Origin: Alkalispirochaeta sp.
Lineage (GTDB): Bacteria; Spirochaetota; Spirochaetia; DSM-27196; Alkalispirochaetaceae
NCBI GenBank assembly: GCA_965601925.1
Contig: OZ271854.1
Location: forward strand, 2,240,001-2,304,000
Direction: 5' to 3'
Length of the DNA: 64,000 nt
Translations under genes and position numbers: made by a program
The notes under the pieces: generated by a model
What the model was told of the DNA's origin: nothing
Databases searched by the model: none
What the model saw: only the letters and a program-made list of their open reading frames with translations
Shown: piece by piece, positions 60,355-64,000 of the stretch
Layout: the number at the start of each line of letters is the position of its first letter
Numbering within the stretch: position 1 is the stretch's first letter

Positions 60355-61341
60355 TCACTCTTGCATCGATGAGCCGATCGCATCGGGGATTGTCACATCC
60401 ACCGCCGTTGAGACGACTCTGTTTTTGCCTGCGGCCTTTCCCTCATACAACGCATCATCGGCGCGTCGAATGTTATCGTTCATCGATAGGCGCGATACAT
60501 ATTCGGCGACTCCGATGGTCACCGTGATCGTGACCGCCACATCCTCCCACACCACCGCGTCCTCGGCCAACGCGAGGCGAACTTTTTCGGCGGTTGTGGT
60601 TGCTCCGCGAAGGTTCGTCTGCGGCAGCAGTATCAGAAACTCCTCGCCGCCCCAGCGTGCCACGGTATCCTCCGGTCGCAGGAGACGGCTCATCGAGCGG
60701 GCGACGTGACGAATGACGGTATCGCCGCAGTTGTGGCCGTAAGTATCGTTTATGGACTTGAAGTTATCGATATCGATAATCAAGAGCGCCATCGTTTCGT
60801 GGTGACGAGTTATGCGACCGGCCTCGCTTCTCAATCTGCTGGTCATGTATCGTCGATTGTAGACGTGTGTTAAATCGTCGATCATCGACAGCTCTCGTAG
60901 TCGATCGAGGGCGCGTGACAAGGCCCTGTTTTTGCGCTTCAGCTGATCGGCGAAGTGGCTCAGCTCCTCGCGGGTTCGCTTGAGTTCGATGTGCGTTTTT
61001 ACTCGAACCAGCAGTTCCTCGGGATTGACCGGTTTTGCAATATAGTCCCGCCCTCCGGCGCGGAAGCCCTCGATGATGTGTTCCGTGTCTCCGCTTCCGG
61101 CTATGAAAATGACCGGTATGTCGCGCGTCTCGACGCGCGAGGTGATACGACGACACACCTCGTAGCCGTCCAGATCGGGCATGACAACATCGAGAAGAAT
61201 CAAATCGGGCGTAATGTGTCCCGCGAGGTGTACTGCATCGGCACCGTCTCGGGCCACCGCGACGTCATATCGACCTTTTAGCAACTCTCCGAGGAGACGC
61301 AATGTGGTTGGATCGTCGTCTACAATTAAGACCGTATCCAT
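60355..61341 (-). CDS. Response regulator diguanylate cyclase (REC-GGDEF)
   Basis: VDDD, LLDVVMP and KP; RPED I-site plus GGEEF. Confidence 0.95.
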   Translation of the reverse strand: MDTVLIVDDDPTTLRLLGELLKGRYDVAVARDGADAVHLAGHITPDLILLDVVMPDLDGYEVCRRITSRVETRDIPVIFIAGSGDTEHIIEGFRAGGRDYIAKPVNPEELLVRVKTHIELKRTREELSHFADQLKRKNRALSRALDRLRELSMIDDLTHVYNRRYMTSRLRSEAGRITRHHETMALLIIDIDNFKSINDTYGHNCGDTVIRHVARSMSRLLRPEDTVARWGGEEFLILLPQTNLRGATTTAEKVRLALAEDAVVWEDVAVTITVTIGVAEYVSRLSMNDNIRRADDALYEGKAAGKNRVVSTAVDVTIPDAIGSSMQE

Positions 61342-61392
61342 TTTATTCTTACATTGTACACGGATAGCGGCCGACTGCCAGCCACCGTGCGA

Positions 61393-64000
61393 TCACCGAC
61401 GAAACTCCCGCATGTAGGCGTTGAGCGCTTCCAACGCCCTCTCGTAGTCGAACGCCTCTATCAGGGTGCCTATCTCGTTGAGTTTTGGAGACGAACGATC
61501 TCGGTGGTGATCGAGGAACTCCTGGTACAGATCAAGGGCGGCAAAGCGCCGAAATTCGAGTGCGGTACGTACTCGCTCCAAGTACTCGCCCGCCGGCGTG
61601 ACGGTCTCGGACCGAGCGGCACGTTCCTCTTCGACCCGCGACGTCTCATCTCCGTGCTCCGGCTCGACGTCGCCGGCGACGACGCGGAGGGCGGCGTCGA
61701 ACTCGTCGAGAGTGTCCGACACGCGGACGTCATCATCGGGAAGCGTCTCATCATTGAGCGCACTCTCCAACGCCTGTGCGCGCGAGCTCAACTCCCGGGC
61801 TCCGATCGCGCTTGCCGCGCCCTTGATTCCGTGGACCACGATCATAGCCTCGGTCCTTCGCCCCTCAGCGAGGTGCTTTTTCACTTTGGCGGCCGCGCCT
61901 CGTGAACGCTTACGAAAATCGTCAACGATACGGAGAAACCGCTCTCGTTTCCCCACGAAACGGCGCAACGCATCGTCCATATCGATGCCCGGCCTCCGAG
62001 GGAGCGGTGCGTCTTCTCTCTCCGCATCCCCGGGCGGATCGCCCGTCGCGCTTAACGCGACGGAACGTGGAGACGCGACCAGATATTTCGCAAGAACGGT
62101 GCGTAATACACCGGGATCGATCGGCTTGGAGATGTAGTCGTCCATGCCCGCGGCCAGGCACGCTTCTCGATCGCCGCCCATCGCCTGGGCCGTCATCGCG
62201 ATAATCGGAAGCGTCTCAAAGCGCGCATCACCGCGGATTCTCCGGGTCGCCTCGATACCGTTCAGTACCGGCATACGCACATCCATCAGGACCGCGTCGT
62301 ACTGGTGCACACTGAGCTCGGCAATCGCTTCCTCCCCGTTTCCTACGACTTCTACGGCGATGCCGAGATCGCTCAACAGTTCAATGGCGACCTGTTGGTT
62401 TATGGCGTTGTCCTCTACGACCAACACCGAGCGACCGATCAGTTCGGGTTCCTTGTCGGCCGAATCGGCGGTATCGCCCGAGTAGTCGTCGTCGGTTCCC
62501 GCGTCTTGATCGCCGTACAGCGCCGCCAACAGCGCCTCAAAGAGCGTCGATTGATGGACCGGTTTTGCCAAATATGCGTCGATGCCGGCGTCGCGGGATC
62601 GTTCGCGCAGCTCTTCCAAGTCATACGCGGATACCATGACGACCGCCGGCGAATGGGCCGTACCGGAGCGGCGGACGTAGGTCACCAACTCGACGCCGTC
62701 CATATCGGGCATGTTCCAATCTACAACGAGAACGTCGTATGTGTGAGATCGCACCGCCTCGATCGCCTCGTGTGCCGACGGTACCCGATCGACAACGCAT
62801 CCGAAGGTTTCCAGATATCCCGTGAGAACATCCAGGACGGTCTCATTGTCGTCGACGACGAGGACGCGGATCGATTCAAGCGTCGCGCGTCCGGTATCGC
62901 TCTCCGGACGCACCACACTACGAAGCTTTTCGAACGGTAGCGTGACGGTAAACTCGCTCCCTATTCCGGCTTTGCTCTGGACGGAGATCGTGCCTTCCAT
63001 CAGTTGCGCCAGTCGCTGGCTGATCGCAAGACCCAGCCCCGTACCGCCGTAACGCTCGGAGATGGACGGGTCGGCTTGAGAGAACGAGGCAAACACCCGA
63101 TCCTGCTCTTCATCGGTCATGCCGATACCGGTGTCGGCAACGACGAATTGCAGTGTAATCGAGCGTTGCGTGTCGGTTGCGACGGCGGTGCGGACGACCA
63201 CACTGCCCCGTTCGGTGAACTTGATTCCGTTGCCCACCAAGTTAATGAGGATTTGACGAAGCCTCTGAGCGTCTCCGATCAACGTCTCCGGAATTTCCGG
63301 ATCGATGTCGAAAATCAGCTCGATCTTTTTAAACGCCGCCGGCGCCGCCAGTACGTCGGAGATGTCGGAGAATACATCCTCTATGCGAAACGGTCGCTCC
63401 TCGATCATGAGTTTGCCCGCCTCAATCTTGGAAAAGTCGAGGATGTCGTTGATGATGCCCAATAGGTGGTCGGCGGAACTGCGGATCTTACGAGTGTAGT
63501 CCGTCTGTATGTTTGAGAGCGTCGTCCGGGAGAGTAAGGTCAGCATACCGCGTATCCCGTTCATCGGCGTACGAATCTCGTGGCTCATGCGGGCCAGAAA
63601 CTCGCTCTTCGACAGCGTAGCCGCCTCGGCGATCGAACGTGCTCGTTCGGCGTCATCCCTTTGTCTTTGCAGATTGTCGCGGGCGATTTCCAGCTCCACG
63701 GTCCGCTCGCTCACACGACGCTCGAGCATCGCGTTGTGTTCCCGTATCTGACCGTATAGCCGTGCGTTTTCAAGCGATACCACGACGGTCGATGAGAGCG
63801 TGCGCAGGACCTCGAGGCGATCCCGCGAGAAGGCGCCGGTCATAGCGTGATTCTCGAGATACAGCACCGCCCTTACGCGGCCCGCATTCACCAACGGGAG
63901 ACACAACACCGACTTCGTATCGGTGCGAAGGAAGTATTGCGGATCCACGTCGATGTGCGCTGTCGCGTCGTCGTAAATCGTCGCCGCGCGCGTATCGATC
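61393..64000 (-). CDS. Hybrid histidine kinase GAF-HisKA-HATPase-REC-REC-Hpt (5' end outside the window)
   Basis: YLEN GAF motif, MSHEIRTPM, GGTGLGL, two receivers and HGIKG; frame stays open to the window edge. Confidence 0.95.
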   Translation of the reverse strand, partial: IDTRAATIYDDATAHIDVDPQYFLRTDTKSVLCLPLVNAGRVRAVLYLENHAMTGAFSRDRLEVLRTLSSTVVVSLENARLYGQIREHNAMLERRVSERTVELEIARDNLQRQRDDAERARSIAEAATLSKSEFLARMSHEIRTPMNGIRGMLTLLSRTTLSNIQTDYTRKIRSSADHLLGIINDILDFSKIEAGKLMIEERPFRIEDVFSDISDVLAAPAAFKKIELIFDIDPEIPETLIGDAQRLRQILINLVGNGIKFTERGSVVVRTAVATDTQRSITLQFVVADTGIGMTDEEQDRVFASFSQADPSISERYGGTGLGLAISQRLAQLMEGTISVQSKAGIGSEFTVTLPFEKLRSVVRPESDTGRATLESIRVLVVDDNETVLDVLTGYLETFGCVVDRVPSAHEAIEAVRSHTYDVLVVDWNMPDMDGVELVTYVRRSGTAHSPAVVMVSAYDLEELRERSRDAGIDAYLAKPVHQSTLFEALLAALYGDQDAGTDDDYSGDTADSADKEPELIGRSVLVVEDNAINQQVAIELLSDLGIAVEVVGNGEEAIAELSVHQYDAVLMDVRMPVLNGIEATRRIRGDARFETLPIIAMTAQAMGGDREACLAAGMDDYISKPIDPGVLRTVLAKYLVASPRSVALSATGDPPGDAEREDAPLPRRPGIDMDDALRRFVGKRERFLRIVDDFRKRSRGAAAKVKKHLAEGRRTEAMIVVHGIKGAASAIGARELSSRAQALESALNDETLPDDDVRVSDTLDEFDAALRVVAGDVEPEHGDETSRVEEERAARSETVTPAGEYLERVRTALEFRRFAALDLYQEFLDHHRDRSSPKLNEIGTLIEAFDYERALEALNAYMREFRR

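Noticed and set aside
1..64000. CRISPR arrays, tRNA/rRNA genes, transposases, integrases, prophage genes
   Set aside because: None recognised by eye or in the ORF track; short or degenerate elements could have been missed.

Overview
This is a GC-rich (roughly 60-65% by eye) bacterial chromosomal window, probably from a free-living spirochete (inferred from the 'LFAGG' BMP signal peptide, the lipoproteins and the split nrdD). It holds about 57 genes. I recognised no rRNA, tRNA, CRISPR array or transposase. The left third covers purine and nucleoside use: xanthine dehydrogenase-family genes with an 8-oxoguanine deaminase-like gene, and a ~14.5 kb operon (Opp-type ABC transporter, divergent adenine deaminase, BMP/Nup ABC transporter, nucleoside hydrolase, ADP-ribosylglycohydrolase) divergent from deoD. 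A BmrR-like MerR module sits among these genes. The middle has gene remnants, an SmtB-type metal efflux unit, a Phd-PIN toxin-antitoxin pair, metE/metR, and an NrdR-controlled class III ribonucleotide reductase whose glycyl-radical domain is a separate gene fused to a CxxC redoxin. The most interesting locus is 42.9-48.7 kb. There a PhcB-like (fatty-acid methyl ester quorum-signal) methyltransferase lies inside a SiaB/SiaC/PP2C partner-switching operon headed by a PAS-GGDEF-EAL gene, suggesting a quorum-sensing to c-di-GMP circuit. The right end has ornithine-lipid-like acyltransferases, a patatin, an SRPBCC-ArsR-XdhC-SufU operon, a NudK fusion and a hybrid kinase/diguanylate cyclase pair. Several genes look leaderless. 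All family calls come from motif recognition by eye; no database searches were run.
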